NCBI GenBank assembly: GCA_012295275.1
Contig: CM022677.1
Span: forward strand, 13,206,001 to 13,270,000
DNA: 64,000 nt
Source of the DNA: Chrysomallon squamiferum
Taxonomy: Eukaryota; Animalia; Mollusca
Reading direction: 5' to 3'
The position numbers and the translations under genes are program-made. Of this stretch, positions 1 through 15,151 are shown piece after piece. Each line of letters begins with the position of its first letter. Position 1 is the first letter of the stretch. Under the pieces are notes generated by a model, which was given only the letters and a program-made list of their open reading frames with translations, was not told where the DNA came from and made no database searches.

Positions 1-148
1 GTAAAAAAAAAAAAAAGAAATGTGATAATTTTTTAGTGGCTGGCACAGTTTTACGGTATTTCAATTAATTTCAGTTAGAAAATTGATGCAAATTGAAATA
101 CAAGCTCAGTCACGGAACGCATTAAACTCGTAACTCAAGGCACCACTG
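1..148. mobile_element. Probable 3' end of a Tc1/pogo(Tigger)-type DNA transposon remnant
   Basis: Ends ...ctcgtaactcaaggcaccactg followed by TA, the reverse complement of a Tigger-like CAGTGGTGCCTTGAGTTACGAG TIR; other end lies outside the window. Confidence 0.4.
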
Positions 149-1324
149 TATGTTAAGATATATAATGTCATAAATTAGTAACCGTATAACAGTGAAAGCC
201 AAAGGACTCTTGTGCCCTGTCTTAGAACTATGTGAATGAATGACAGTTAACACAGTTATTGAATATTATTGCATTTATATCAGTAACATTATGATAGTAA
301 GTTTTAAAATTATTTACTGTTATTAATAAGTGCGAGTGTAAATGCAATTTATACTGGTGAAATAAATGTTGGTAAGTTTTTTTTTTTTTTAAATGTTTTA
401 AGTTTTTCTTATTCTTTTGTGATGCCTGATACATTTTTCACTAAGTGGTTCTTGATTTCATTAGATATTATAATACAGAAACTCACTATTTAAGTTATCG
501 CAATTAATGTCGCAGGGATACAGTATACTGCTTCCAACACACTGCACTAACACCAGTAAGATGACCGCACTAACTGACACCATTGTTCTGCAAAACAAGA
601 AACTAAATCAAGAAACATGAGCGACACTAACTGCATTTTAAACAAGAGACACGATTGGTTTTAAACCTGCTAAACATAGTGAATTTAAAATCGATATACC
701 AACAAGACAATAAGCAATTTAATTATCATGTCAGAATTTCATCAACAATTATCAAAAAGGAATAGAAGGCAATTAAAACACATTACAATGAAATATCTCC
801 ACTTTAGATGATTACGTAACACATTTGGTATTAAACGGAAAAAGATCAAATGGACAGACACTTCCTGAAAATAATTCCAGGCTGTCGTCAGTCTTTGTGT
901 TAGGTACGCTGTTTTAATACGTTTTATTTGATTTGCTTATACTGACTCATGAATATCATTTGTAAAATAAAAAAAAACAAAAAAACTTAGATTATGTAGA
1001 TGATGTCGTCTTTAAATTGAGAGTGAAATATGGTTTATCACTGTACATGTGTTAGAGAAGTTTGTGGCTTATTGAATATTAATTTTGATTGTATTTAGTT
1101 CTATTATTTAGTATTTTAAACAAATACGCCAAATTAATATGTAAACAATGTCAAATACAAAACGGTTTTTACATAACAATATTACGTACATGTTCCAGCA
1201 GAACTAACATAAATGCTACTGTCTAGATATAATATAAACATAAGAACTGATTACTGGCTTTTTAAAAATAAATCAATCAATAAATCAATCAATAAAAAAC
1301 TATTTTATCTGTAAATAATATTAA

Positions 1325-1602
1325 AATATAGATTCCTACCTTCAGCCTGCTGGACTAAGGACAGGAGTGAAGTAAAATCTTCAGATAAACATTTTGACTA
1401 ATCGACTTGATCTACCAGTTTTACAAGCTGCATTCATAACAAATCATTTTCAAAACAGAACGGCTCAAAAGAACGACTCTTTGAATAAAACCAATTATTC
1501 GTTATTGTCGGATTCGCATGAATACTTGTTTATTAGATTCTGCTGTCTAGAAATGATATAACACTCCGAACTGATCACTGATTTTTAAAGTAAGTATATA
1601 AA

Positions 1603-1638
<36 letters not shown>

Positions 1639-1845
1639 TAAACAATACTGTCTGTAAGTAATATATGGATTCCTACCCTCACATTGCTGTACAAAGGTAA
1701 GGTGTGAAGTAAAATTAACGAATCGATCTAGATCTACCAGTTTCACAAGCTGTATTCATAACAAGTCATTTTCAACATAGAACGGCTCAAAAAAACGATT
1801 CTTTGAATAAAACCAATTATTCGTTATTGTCGGATTCGCGTGAAT
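1325..1845 (+). repeat. Local direct duplication (~200 bp copies at ~1325-1520 and ~1660-1845)
   Basis: Shared gattcctacc...gtgaagtaaaat...gatctaccagttt...agaacggctcaaaa...gaataaaaccaattattcgttattgtcggattcgc. Confidence 0.8.
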
Positions 1846-3451
1846 TATTTTATATGAACTATAACACCATTCTCCCTGTCTCTGTGTCTCTCTCTCTCTA
1901 ACTGTGTTTAGCTCTCTTTTCTCTTTATATCTATTTCTGACAGTATATATATTTCTGATCTTTTTTGAAAAGAGTTCATAGCAAGCATGCTAATAATTTT
2001 GATAGCTATAAAACTGGTCGAGAATGAAAAGAAAGGAAACAAAAACAAACAAAACAACAACAAACAAAAATAATAAAATAAAAAAATATACAAAATAAAT
2101 AAATAAATAAAACTAAATACAACGAAAAAACAAGACAAAAGTGTAACGATAGTGTATAAATCAGCGGTCAGCTAGTATTAGATTAAAAAGGTCAATATGA
2201 GCCAGCCAAACGACATATCTATTACTATACATGCTAAATAGACAATGAACAAATCTATGAAAGACGTGTAAAAGAAAGTGATATAAGCAATGAACATGAC
2301 AATGATGGACGTGTTACTGTCAGATAGACAGATGAAAGACGTGTAAGATAGACAATAGGAGTAAAATAAACAATGAACGGGTCAGACAGACAATAAACAG
2401 GTTATACTGCACGAATCTGTCACTGTTACTTCAGCGATACTACTGATATTACTACTAATCTGTCACTGTTACTTAAGCGATATTACTGTATTACTACTAA
2501 TCTGTCACTGTTACTTCAGCGATACTACTGTATTACTACTAATCTATCACTGTTACTTCAGCGATACTACTGCTGTTACTACTAATCTGTCACTACTGTT
2601 ACTACTGTCATTACGACTATTGCAGTTACTAGTACTATTATACCTGATATTACTGCTACGATTATTACTATTATTATTATTATTTTATTACTGCTGTTTA
2701 TCACTACTTATGCTACTGCTGGTATCTTAGAGATACTACCGAGAGAGTATTACTAATATTATGATACTAGTAAGAGTTTAGATTATTATCAATACTTCTG
2801 TTACTAAATACTATAATATGCTATTTTGCTATTACAACTAGTACTTTAATGACTAATATCAACTACTATTACTACTACTATTGCTATCAGTATTTCTCCT
2901 ATGTAATACAAGAAATGTCTGTAGATAATAATATTTAAATTATCAAACTTCTATTAGAAAATTAGTCTTATATCAACTCCAAGAAAAATAAGATTTTGCT
3001 ATTCACCAATAAACTGCCAAAAACAATGAACAAAAAACCCACAGGTGTTCTTTTATATTGCCATGAGAGATTTGCTCAACTGTGGCTCATAACTACAGTT
3101 GCAGACAAATAAGTATAGATCCATAGAAATGTATGAGATTAATATATTTTTGTAAATTACCTGTTTTGAAAATAAGGAATGATTAGTCTTTTTGATGTGT
3201 GGAGAATACTCACAAATACGTTACACATGACGAAATACAAGATACACACAGAAACACATGGCACATTCATCACATTCACATATATGACACATGATCAAAA
3301 ACAACAAATACACAAAAACAAATGATAATGATCACGTACAAATTATAAATTATGAAAACTATTAGCCATACACTCCTTTCAGTTTATTCTGAAGTTTTAT
3401 CCCCTACATTAAAATCGCACATTTACTATTAAAATAATGTATCTCTCTATC

Positions 3452-3487
<36 letters not shown>

Positions 3488-3559
3488 ATATAAAATGAAT
3501 AATGTAAAACCAACCTTTGCTCATACAGATGAAAGGACATGTGTATTTGCATGTAAAGT

Positions 3560-3910
3560 CAAACTGACATCCTGTGTTGTGGACAAAACTGGCCTTCAGA
3601 TTCACCATTTTTACTTGCCCAGTAGGCATGGCAACTGCCCTCCATGTTATGAGCTTCTGTCTTTTTTGTCCTTGCATTATATAAGAAGAAAGAAGAAAGT
3701 AACATACACACACACATAAACACACATTTAACACATTTATGAAGGACAAGGAACATTAGCTGAACAAGACTTGGTAATTCTGTTATTACTGGTGATTTGG
3801 TTCCACATCTGCCCACTGCCTACACGTGTCACTGAACAAAGGCCAATCTGTTTATAATCAGTCCACGATGCCCATATTTAACAAGGCATGATTGAGGCTC
3901 TGTTTGTATC
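3560..3910 (-). pseudogene. Degenerate thrombospondin type-1-like coding fragment(s)
   Basis: Minus strand reads WASWTDYKQIGLCSVT..GSGQ, resembling the TSP1 WSxWxxCSVTCGxG motif, with in-frame stops. Confidence 0.3.
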
Positions 3911-4524
3911 TGTATATATATTTAACACACACCGCCACACTACGTTTTTTAGCGTAATATCTTCGCTCCACATCGAATATGTTCTTTAGACGAAATATTT
4001 AAAATGAACATGATATATTCACGTTATTAAAACGTAATTCTTAATATGCCGTGTACAATGCTCAATAGGAAAACTAGGATTCCTTCGGTAACGTTATTAG
4101 CTATACAACAGTACATTGAAAAAAAAGATTTTTTTTCCCCCAAATTAATGTCCTCACTGAAAAATGATAGTCTTTCATATGTTATTATTAAAAGTAACGA
4201 GACTATCTTGAAACGCGTGCTAGATTGTATTATTGTATTGATATTATTGACAATATATGATATTTTATTTTTATGACCATGAGATTCCGCGACATAATTT
4301 ACATTTCTCTCTACATGAAATTACATGATTAATCTAAAATTCTGCGATTATTTATCAAAGTATGTAATTAAAAATATATCAGACTGATTTTAAAAGTTTT
4401 TGTTACAGTAACAGGCAATTTCAGTATATTCATATTATAAGTATGTTTTCGTCGGAAATTAAATATTAGTATTACAACACATATTATATTTTAATTACAG
4501 AGGTAGAAGATATATATATATATA

Positions 4525-5056
4525 CAGGGTGTCCCAAAAGTAACCGAACCGCAAACTTAAATAAAATAAAATCAACAAATTTAATCTGTATATTTAGTAT
4601 TTACAAATGTTCAAAATGTTCGTTTAAATCTAAAGTTCTTCGCTGCATTTTTAAGAGTGAGGGTCCCATTTTAACTCAAACAATGGAGAGTCCAGTAGCG
4701 CTAAATAAGAATCAAGCTATGAAGTAGGAACAAAATCAATAAGATTCAGGTGTAACGTCTGCCTTAATTGCAGTAGAGAAAGCAGCTGTCTTGAGAGCGA
4801 GTTGTCCGGAGAAAGAACATGGAACGCCTAGGAGAACATGAAGAGTATTAAAGACCGCGTCAATGACGTCCGCGTCGTCGTGGTAAAACAGAAGTCTCGA
4901 TCACGAAGAACTCTACAATCAGGTAACAAAAATAATTCCAAAGACTGACAGAAGTAAATGAATAGTACAAAAGATAACATAAAATGACATAAAAGATGGA
5001 ATTAAATTTGTTATTTTTATTTAAGTTTGCGGTTCGGTTACTTTTGGGACACCCTG
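4525..5056. mobile_element. Tc1/mariner-family MITE
   Basis: ~40 bp TIRs cagggtgtcccaaaagtaaccgaaccgcaaacttaaataaaa / ...tttaagtttgcggttcggttacttttgggacaccctg, flanked by TA on both sides. Confidence 0.9.
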
Positions 5057-7317
5057 TATCTTTATATATATATATTAAACATCGAATGAAATTCCATATT
5101 TATTCATTAATATAAGCGATAATCTCTAATTAATGTAATTTTAATATCCGATATAACTAATTCAGAGGTTATGAAAACTTATTTTGATATCGATGGTAAA
5201 ATTATCAGTGCAAATAGCGGTATTCTTTAGTTAAAAATAACTGGTTCTATAAAATGGTTCCCAGTTTATTATAATTATTATATGTACATATTTTTATTTT
5301 TCGTTTATTTTATTTATTTATTTATTTTTATTTTTATTTTTTTGAATCTACGAATATACAAACATGTAAAGGAAGCTTCCGTTTTTACATAAATAAATCA
5401 ATAAACAAAGAAGTGATAAGGCGCGATAGTAAGGTGTTCTTACTGTTATTATTGTTGTTCTACTGTTGATAATGAGAGGACTTTGATAAATATGGTGTTT
5501 ACAGATACCATCATACATCAGTATCACTAATATTATGATATTAATAATAGTTAAATTATTACATTAGATTACTGTCACTAAACACTATACCATGCTGTTT
5601 GACTTTACCACCCGTACTTTAATGTGTAATATCAATTTGCTACTGTTACTACTGCCATTACTATCACTATTTCTCCTATATCTGTTTGCCTATAAAATTA
5701 AGAAATTATGTAGATAGTAATGTTTAAATGTTTAAAATTATAAAACTTCTATTCTAGTCTTATACCTAAAAAAAAAAAAAAAAAAAAAAAAAGGTAAAGA
5801 ATAAAAAAAAAAGCTTTTCGATCTAATCTGACTGGCAGGAACATATAATTCACCAAACTGAACAACAGAAACTGGTTTGCTTGAAAGGACTCCAGATTTT
5901 ACTATTCACCAATACACATTCAAATTCTATACCTGCAAAAAATAATCAACAATAAACCCACAGGTGTTCTTTTGTATTTCCATGAGAAATTTCGAAACAC
6001 GATATGAACCCTTTTCGTGTCGATTATTTTGCTGTGCTTATTTTCATAACTGTTTATAAAACCTTTCACGGATTTATTTTGCTCTCCTGTGGGTCATAGC
6101 TAAAGTTGCAAACAAACAAGTATCGATCGACAGACAGGTATAAGATCAATATTTTTATAAATAACCTCTTTTGAAAATAAGGAATGCTTATTCTTTTTGG
6201 TATGTGGAGAATACCCACAAACATATGACACATGATCAAATCAATAAAGACAGAGAAACACATGACACATGATAAATACATCACATACACAGAAACAAAT
6301 TACACATGATTTGGATGTTTCTTGTGTAATTCCTACAGCATGTATGTATGTATGTGTGTACTTTGTGTTTATGTATGTCTGTAGGTAGGTAGGTAGGTAG
6401 GTAGGTATGTATGTGTATGTATGTGCTTATGTGTATCTGTTGCCGTCGTGCTGGCGTTGTTACTAACGTTATTCGTTTACTTATTATTTTTCACGTTTTA
6501 TTAACCATTATTCTTACCTTCTTAGTGTTTACAACCTATTTGAAAATATATTACTATATATAAATATATATCCTTATTAGAATTAACGTCGTTTACTTAT
6601 TTCTATTGACGTCGCTGCTGTATCAGCATTCTCCTTGATGTTGTTGGTGTACTTCTACTTATTGTGTTGCGCTTTCTATTAACTGTTAGTCTCACTTTCA
6701 GTGTTCAATCATATATTGAAGTTTGTATTATTATTACTATTAATGTCGCTGTAACGGCGTTGCTGCTAATGCTGTTTGTTTTCTTCTTCTTATTCTTTAG
6801 CGTGTTTTTATTAATCATTATTCCTACTTTCTTAGTGTGCACATCATATTTCAAAAAATATTTGTCTCATTTCTGTTAGTGTCGCTGTCGTTGCCGTAGT
6901 ACCTGCGTTGATCTTAACGTCTCGGTGCACTCATTATTCTTTCTTTTTTTCGCCTTTTTATTAACCTATTATTCTTAATTTCACAGTGCCCATCTTCTGT
7001 TAAAATATATCAGTATTATTAATATTAATGTCGACGACGTGGCCGTTGTAATGGCGCTGTTCGTTGTAATGGCGTGTACTTCTGCTTATTGTGTTGCTGT
7101 TTATATTAATCGTTAGTCTCACTTTCACTGTGCGTAGCATATATCAAAATATATGAATTACTATTTCTATTAAGATCGCCGTCTTTGGTGTTATTCCTGT
7201 ACTTCTAGTTATTCTGTTTCGCTTTTTATTAACTTACATGCGTGTGTATGTGTGAGTGTGGTTTATATGTATATGTCATCTATGTGAAATTTCTTAAAAT
7301 CAAAAATTAATAGTAAA

Positions 7318-7416
<99 letters not shown>

Positions 7417-7701
7417 CATTATTATTATCATCATCATTTTTATCATTATTATGATTTTCACATGGATGAAATGACCCTCTCTTAAAAAATTCACAGAACG
7501 ATAAGCTCTGTTTATTAATAACGGGAAATCACTTTAATTACAATAAAAGAAAATACTAATTTTTCTCAATGAGATTTGCTACACACATACACACACACAC
7601 ACACACGTATGTGTAGAACCTCTCTCTCTCAAATTAAACTGTATGTTTAGATTAGTCAATTAACGAAATACATGCTATTATAATATATTTACTTAACTAG
7701 T

Positions 7702-7732
<31 letters not shown>

Positions 7733-7779
7733 GTTATTATTATTATTATGACTAAAAGCATACGCTATCTTTGTGTTCT

Positions 7780-8607
7780 GCTTTTTATTCTATTGATTAT
7801 TGATATATCTGATAAATCGTCTGTATATAACTATACAAGTGTCTTATCTTTCGCTGTTCTCTAACAAAGCTGTAAAATTGGCTTCACTGGACGAGAGGAT
7901 AAAAAATTGTGAAGGTTTTATTCAGAGATACTATTCTCATTCATAGCTGAACGAAAGTCTAAGATTTCATTATGTCACTTTGACCTTTACTTTCCTGTCC
8001 CGCTCTCATGCATGTTATATTTAGGAAAAAATGTGTATGTGTGTGTGTGTGTGTATCTATCTATCTATCTATCTATATACATATATATATACATATATCT
8101 ATATATCTATCTATCTATATACATATATATATACATATATCTATCTATCTATATATATATATATAGATAGATAGATAGATAGATATATGTATATATATAT
8201 ATATGTATATAGATAGATAGATAGATACAAACACACATACCGACATCTAATCAAAAATTATAATTAAAGGTGACGCCTTTGTAACAAATATGTTTTGCTT
8301 TTTATTCTATTGGTTATTGATATATCTTATAAATCGTCTTTATATAACTATACAAGTGTCTTATCTTTCTCTGTTCTCTAACAAAGCTGTAAAGCTGGCT
8401 TCACTGGACGACAAGATAAAAAATTGTGACGGTTTTATTTTCATTCACAGCTGAACGAAAAGAAATAAGCTAAGATTTCATTATGTCACTTTGACATATA
8501 CTTTCCTGTCCCGCTCTCATATATGTTATATTAGGAAAAAATGTGTGTGTGTTTGTGTCTGTCTGTCTGTCTATCTATCTATCAATCTATATATATATAT
8601 CTATATC

Positions 8608-8640
<33 letters not shown>

Positions 8641-8725
8641 ATATATATATAAACATACAAACACACATACACACATCAAATCAAAAATTATAATTAAAGG
8701 TAACGCCTTTGTAACAAATATGTAA
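7780..8725 (+). repeat. Tandem duplication of a ~500 bp unit containing a microsatellite
   Basis: ttttattctattg...tacaagtgtcttatcttt...cctgtcccgctctcat...ttaggaaaaaatgtgt and tcaaaaattataattaaagg...gcctttgtaacaaatatgt each occur twice. Confidence 0.8.
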
Positions 8726-9105
8726 GGTAATTGCGACTAGTGTTAAATTAAAATACTCAGAAAACAATTATATTACATTATATTAACAGTGTTGACATAA
8801 TATTCAATCCCTTATTTGGTAAAACTATTGATAAAGGTTTCCATCCCGAAATGCTGTCGATAAACAGAGTTGGAAATATAAGTTTTTGTTTTATATATAT
8901 ATATATAATTAAGTTTTAGACTGGGAAATAAATTACACCACAGAGAATAATAACATTTACACATTTACATTTATTACACACTTTCTGTTTATCTTAATTT
9001 ACATTATTTCTATTACCTATTTCTTTTCTTTTTCATTCTTATTTTACATTATGTTTCAAACTTATTTTTGATTTCATTTTATTAGTAGTAGGAGTTTATT
9101 ATTAG

Positions 9106-9254
<149 letters not shown>

Positions 9255-10481
9255 CTGTTATAGTCTGCTACCCTTTAGAGACAAATTTTAGATATTCTGA
9301 CTAGTCACCGTGATACTGTATAAACATATACAAATATTTCACAACTTTATAAATGCTACAAAGTTGACATTAAAACAACATCTAAAGACGGCTACCAATA
9401 CATTGTACGTTAAGGGGTGGCTTCTCGCTTATTGACCAAATCCCTTAATAACGTTGTCATAGGAACTGAATGAGGAATGCCTATACTTGCATTCTTTTTT
9501 CTTGTCAAGGTCTGCATTATATCATCTCCCGAATTCAAGTTTAAACAAGATAAAATTTTGGCGGCTAAATGTATTATCTTTCTCCGACCTTCTACAAACC
9601 AGTTGCTGTGTCTATTATTACCACATATGTAACACGCATTTAAAAAATGTATGAACTGCACTATGTTAAGGTAGTTGTTACTTTTACTGCTGTGTACTTT
9701 ATCACAAGCATTTAAAACGTTCACGATTATTTTTTTCGCAGAAGAAACAAAAGTGTTCTAGAAAATGTCAAGTCTTCCACCCCTGTCAAAACTCACAGAG
9801 TGACGGTGCTTGTCCGCCAGCAAACTGACATTGCAGACGAATAGAAGATAATTTTTTGTTAGTGTTAAACATTTTCATTTCTTAAGACAAAGGTAAGAAA
9901 ATTTATTGTTATTATTATTTTTATTATGATTTGTTGTTCTTATTATTGTTATTTCGTTAGTGTAAGATATTATAACATGAAACTTAATAATCTAGGTTAT
10001 TTTCTGTACAAAATTGTTTTGTGTTAGAGTGGAGGGTGTGGCTCAGTGGTCAGAGAAAAGTAGTGTCTGGCGATGTGTTGTCGCATTTATCTTTCTCGAT
10101 TACTTTATCAATGAATGAAGCCATTTAACTGCAGATTAAGAATTTGTTGAGTTCACGTTAATAAAATAATGCTCAGTAACAATTAGTCATTCATTCGTTT
10201 ACTATGAAAATTTGTGAGCTGGGTTACATAGCATTCATGGACATGTCACATTATTTATTTATTTATTTATTTATGTTTTGCTTCATATAACTTATTAGAG
10301 TAAATCTGTTGTCTTCCTTATCAAATCTACGTCACAAGGTTAAATTTAGCAAGTTTGTAATTCACTTTATTAGTTCTTCTGTTTTCTTATAAATAAAATA
10401 AACTGAACGAATGAAAAGCTTATAGTCTATTTATAACATTATAGTGTTACATTTGCACGTTTATATATTTATTTTATCATT

Positions 10482-10525
<44 letters not shown>

Positions 10526-10674
10526 TAGTTCCCTTTTCTTTCTCTGTATTTTCTTTTCTATTTCCTCTGATTCTGCCATGTTGTTGCTGTTCTATTATTG
10601 TTATTTATTTATTTATATATATATTTCTATTATTATTGTTATTATTATTGTTATTGTTATTGTTATTCACAGAT

Positions 10675-12627
10675 ATGGCAACAGCTACAAACTCTGATGA
10701 TAATCTTTCGTGCTGCATTTGTAAGGAACTTTTCAAGAAGCCGCGAATTTTAAACTGTGGCCATTCGTTCTATATAAGTCATAATTACGACAACAACGAC
10801 ATACAAATCACCTGCCCGTTCTGCAGGCAGGATGTCCACATCCCAGACAGCACGAAACCAGTGAATACATGGGCAGATCAATTCCCTATAAACCTTTCAC
10901 TACAGGACGCCGCTAATGATCGGCTACAATCAAAGTATTGTGAGTCAGCAGTGTCATGTTTGTATTCGTTACAATAAAATAATAAAACAAATGTTTAGTG
11001 ATTGTTTAACTAAAAATATTTATGCCGCATATTAACCATCACAACCTAAAGAAATAGAGGAAACTTTATTTATGTCATTTTTCTATTCAGATTTTTAAAG
11101 TAGTTGATAAAATAAATTCTAAAACTTCACATTGTAGGCATATCTTTATTAATAATAAGTAGTCCTAGTTAATTAATTAATTGACTGATTGATTATTTAT
11201 TTATTTCAGCTAAAAAGGGAGATCACATGTCACTTCTGAGTTCTGTTTCTGAAAGTCTCAAAACCTTTAATGAAATTCTTCAGGCAGAGATGGATGATAT
11301 GATTGAGCAACTTCGCCAAGCCGTCGACATCAACGTCGTGGACACAACAGAAGAGGTCAGAAGGATTGGTAACACACTAATCACAGATTTTACTGCCGCA
11401 GTCAACAAAGAACAAGACAGGTTAATAAGAGAAATAGAAAAATCTCAGAACTTTGTAAACTCAGAAATAGGCAAATTATTCAATGAACACAAACATCTGA
11501 TTGAGGAAAACGAAAGAATGATAAAATTGGGGGAAGATTTGCTGACAAGAAAATCAGAGTCAGATATAAAAATTAACATTTCAAAATTCAGCAAATTTCA
11601 AAACACAACTTCCGAGTTTCTGTCCAAATCTCGTTCTCAAATAGAAAATTCAGAGTTTAAAATAAATCTGATAAAATCTGATAAAAAGGCAGAAATGTCA
11701 GTCCACATTGGAGAAATATCCACAAACATCCAAACAGACACACAGATAAACAGTCTCAAACACACACACACCAGTAACATAAAAACACAACACACAGACA
11801 CACAGATAGACAGACAGACAGACACACTCAAACATACAGACACCATTAACATAAAAACACAAGAAGATAAATTAAATCCTTGTCTGTTTTCCATGCTGGT
11901 GTCAGGTGCAGACAAAAGTAAAATTGTTGTTAGTGATAGTTACAATGAATGTGTAAAATGTTTTTGTTTAAAAAGAAAATCACTGATAAAAAGATACAAA
12001 ACTTCCTCTCCACCATTCGGTCTTGCTGAATCACGTGATCAGCGAGATGATGTTGTTGTTGTTATTGCTCTGCCAGGTAAAAATAAAATATTGTTTTTAA
12101 ATTTGAAAAACTTCAAACTGGTAAAAACAGTTAAAACTGTTAAAGGGTATTATTGTATCGCTGTGTTACCTGGCAACCGTCTCGCGGTCACTGGTCAGTG
12201 CTTGGACATACTGACTGACAATGGTCAGCTCATTAATTCTATCTCAACAGATTTGATCCCTAGACCGAGGTGTCTCACAGTTCACGATCAATGTCTGATT
12301 GTTGTGTCGAATGGAAACAGTTTAGTTTGTGTGACGTCATCAGGTGACGTCAAATGGGAGTCACGTGATTCAGACAAACTGAGAGACTTGACAGGTGTTA
12401 CATGTGACAGGGAGGGAAATATTTTTGTTTGTGATTTTGATGGAAATTGTGTTGTTCAGTTGTCACGAGATGGTAACATTACACGTGACATCTTCACTGA
12501 CCAGGATGGACTGTCCGAACCTGTATCTGTCTGTTGTGATGACAACAAACTCTACGTGGCACAAAACAATGAAGTAAAAATATTTACATGGTGTAAAAAG
12601 TACACTTCAAACTGTCTACTAAGTTAG
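10675..12627 (+). CDS. TRIM-like protein: degenerate RING + coiled coil + NHL-like beta-propeller; join(10675..10939,11210..12627), ~560 aa
   Basis: ttcacag|atATG; RING-like CCICKELFKKPRILNCGHSF...ITCPFCR; donor gtgagt at 10940 and acceptor tttcag at 11209 join in frame (phase 1) to the 466 aa ORF; C-terminal GVTCDREGNIFVCDFDGNCVVQLSRDG is NHL-repeat-like. Possible 5' UTR exon donor (ag|gtaag) at 9893. Confidence 0.8.
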
Positions 12628-12816
12628 TTTCACTTAAGTGTTTTGAAGTTGAAAGTACACAAACATTTCTTTCTGATAAATAAACAGAAAATCATTTATT
12701 TATTGATTGTAAGGTAATTAATTTAGTTAATTTGTTTATCTTCTTTATTTTTGTTTTTAAATATGTTATTTATTTATTATGAATTACGTTTGAAATTTTC
12801 ACCCAGTTTTTTCATT

Positions 12817-12933
<117 letters not shown>

Positions 12934-14164
12934 ATGAATTATTTTATAAAGTAGTTTATTTAAAAGAATATTGTATTTAAAATATATTTGTACATATTCA
13001 AGTGTAATCGAACAAAACTGTAATAAAATATTTATATGATAACAAATAAAATTCTTCTGTCATTATTTCATTTAAATTTTAAAACTATTTTACATTGTTT
13101 CGTGATCTCTTTGACTGTATAGCTGCCTATGTATTCACCTAACTGTATGTATGTCTGTATGTCTGTGTTTATAATTAATGTGTATAATATCAGTATAGTA
13201 CAAAGTAGTTCACTGTTGAGATTTATTATAAATTTATTGTTAACAGCTAATATAGATTATTGTTTTGGCGATCATTAGCATTCTCAACTATTCTGCTTGA
13301 GATATTTTATAAAATTCTGTCTTAGACATTATATTAAGTTTAATTATTTAATTATTTACTTATTCATTCTGTTAATGCAAACAAATGAATAAACAAACAA
13401 AAAGAAATAAGAAAAAAGACACACACACAAAATAAAAATATAATCAGAGAAACAACCGGACAAACGAAAATTATCAAGCAAAGAAAAAACAACAAAAACA
13501 AAACAAACACAAAAATAAAACAGCCCTCAACCGATTACAAACGTGACTAGATGAGAAACTGGATACCTCACTTGAGGTCTACAGACACGTGCTTTAAATC
13601 CAGGTGTTATCGATCATGTTTCGTCTTGATTTAGTGTGCACGTTCAAGTTAGTTTGAGTAGGGAACCAATTCACAATATTCACATGATGGAGAACTGTCT
13701 ACTACTTCTATTACTACTACTACTACTAGTAGTACTAGTATTATTACTAATGACATTGTTGATATAGACAGCAATACAGATACCATACGGAAAAAACAAA
13801 AACAAAAAAACAAAAAAAAAGGATAAAAATATATATATTCCTAGATAGATACTCAGAGCTGTATAAGTAATAGATATATAGACACAAAATATATACTTCT
13901 ACAGACACACACACGGTGATACGCATACAGAAGAAAACATACACAACATACAAAGTTTACTTGTATAGATACAAACAGATACAATCATGAACATATAAAA
14001 CACACACAATGGTTGCTTAAATAGATAAAAATAGTTTTACACATATAATAAAGATACAATTTTAAAAAGTAGCTGGCTGTCAAATGGAGAAAAATTAAAG
14101 AATACTTTTTGAAAAAAGGACAGAAACATTATCTATTTATTTATTTATTTATTACTTATTATGG

Positions 14165-14299
<135 letters not shown>

Positions 14300-15120
14300 T
14301 TTTGAAGAAATAGTTTCATAAAAGTTGGGGGTTGTTAGGTGGGGTTTTCTCTTTTCTTGAAGAATTTTATTTAAAAATACATTCCTTCAAACAATGTGTG
14401 TGTGCATGTTTGTATGTGTGTTTCTAAATTTTTCCTCTTTTATATTCTTCTGTCTCAATCATCCTCATACATTTTTCTTTCATTTCTGTATATTTTTCTC
14501 TCATTCAATTTCATTTAATTATATTTTTGCTTATTGTATTTCTGTTCATTAATCTAGTTATGAATCTATGTTCTGTTTTCTAGTCTGTCTGTCTGTCTGT
14601 CAATTTTTAATGAATGGTTGTGAAATACCTACATGAATGCTCAATAATAATTTTCTGTAGTTGTATTTTTAATTTTTTTCTCTCATTTTTGCATCATGCT
14701 TGGAAAAAAGAAAAAATAATTATATTCCATTTTCATTTGTCTTTTTGTTAAAAATAAATGATTAGTGAAAATATTGTTGTTGTTATTTGTTTCTGTTATT
14801 CTGTTATTGTTTGATGAACATGTTACAACTAATATCTTCATTTATAAAAAACTGGTATGTTTTAACTACTACTTCTACTATGCTACTTCTACTATTACTA
14901 CTACTACTACTACTGCTGCCAGTCAAACAATTTATACTACTACTACTGCTCCTACTATTATTGCTACTACTAACAATAATAATATTTGATACAAAAATAA
15001 TGTAATAAAAATGTCTCAAGCCGTTTTTACCATAACCATTACACGATACCAAGCAGTTCAGTCTTTCAAGAGTTTTGTACTTGACATTGTTAAAACTGAA
15101 CAAATCAGTAAACTTATTAC

Positions 15121-15151
<31 letters not shown>

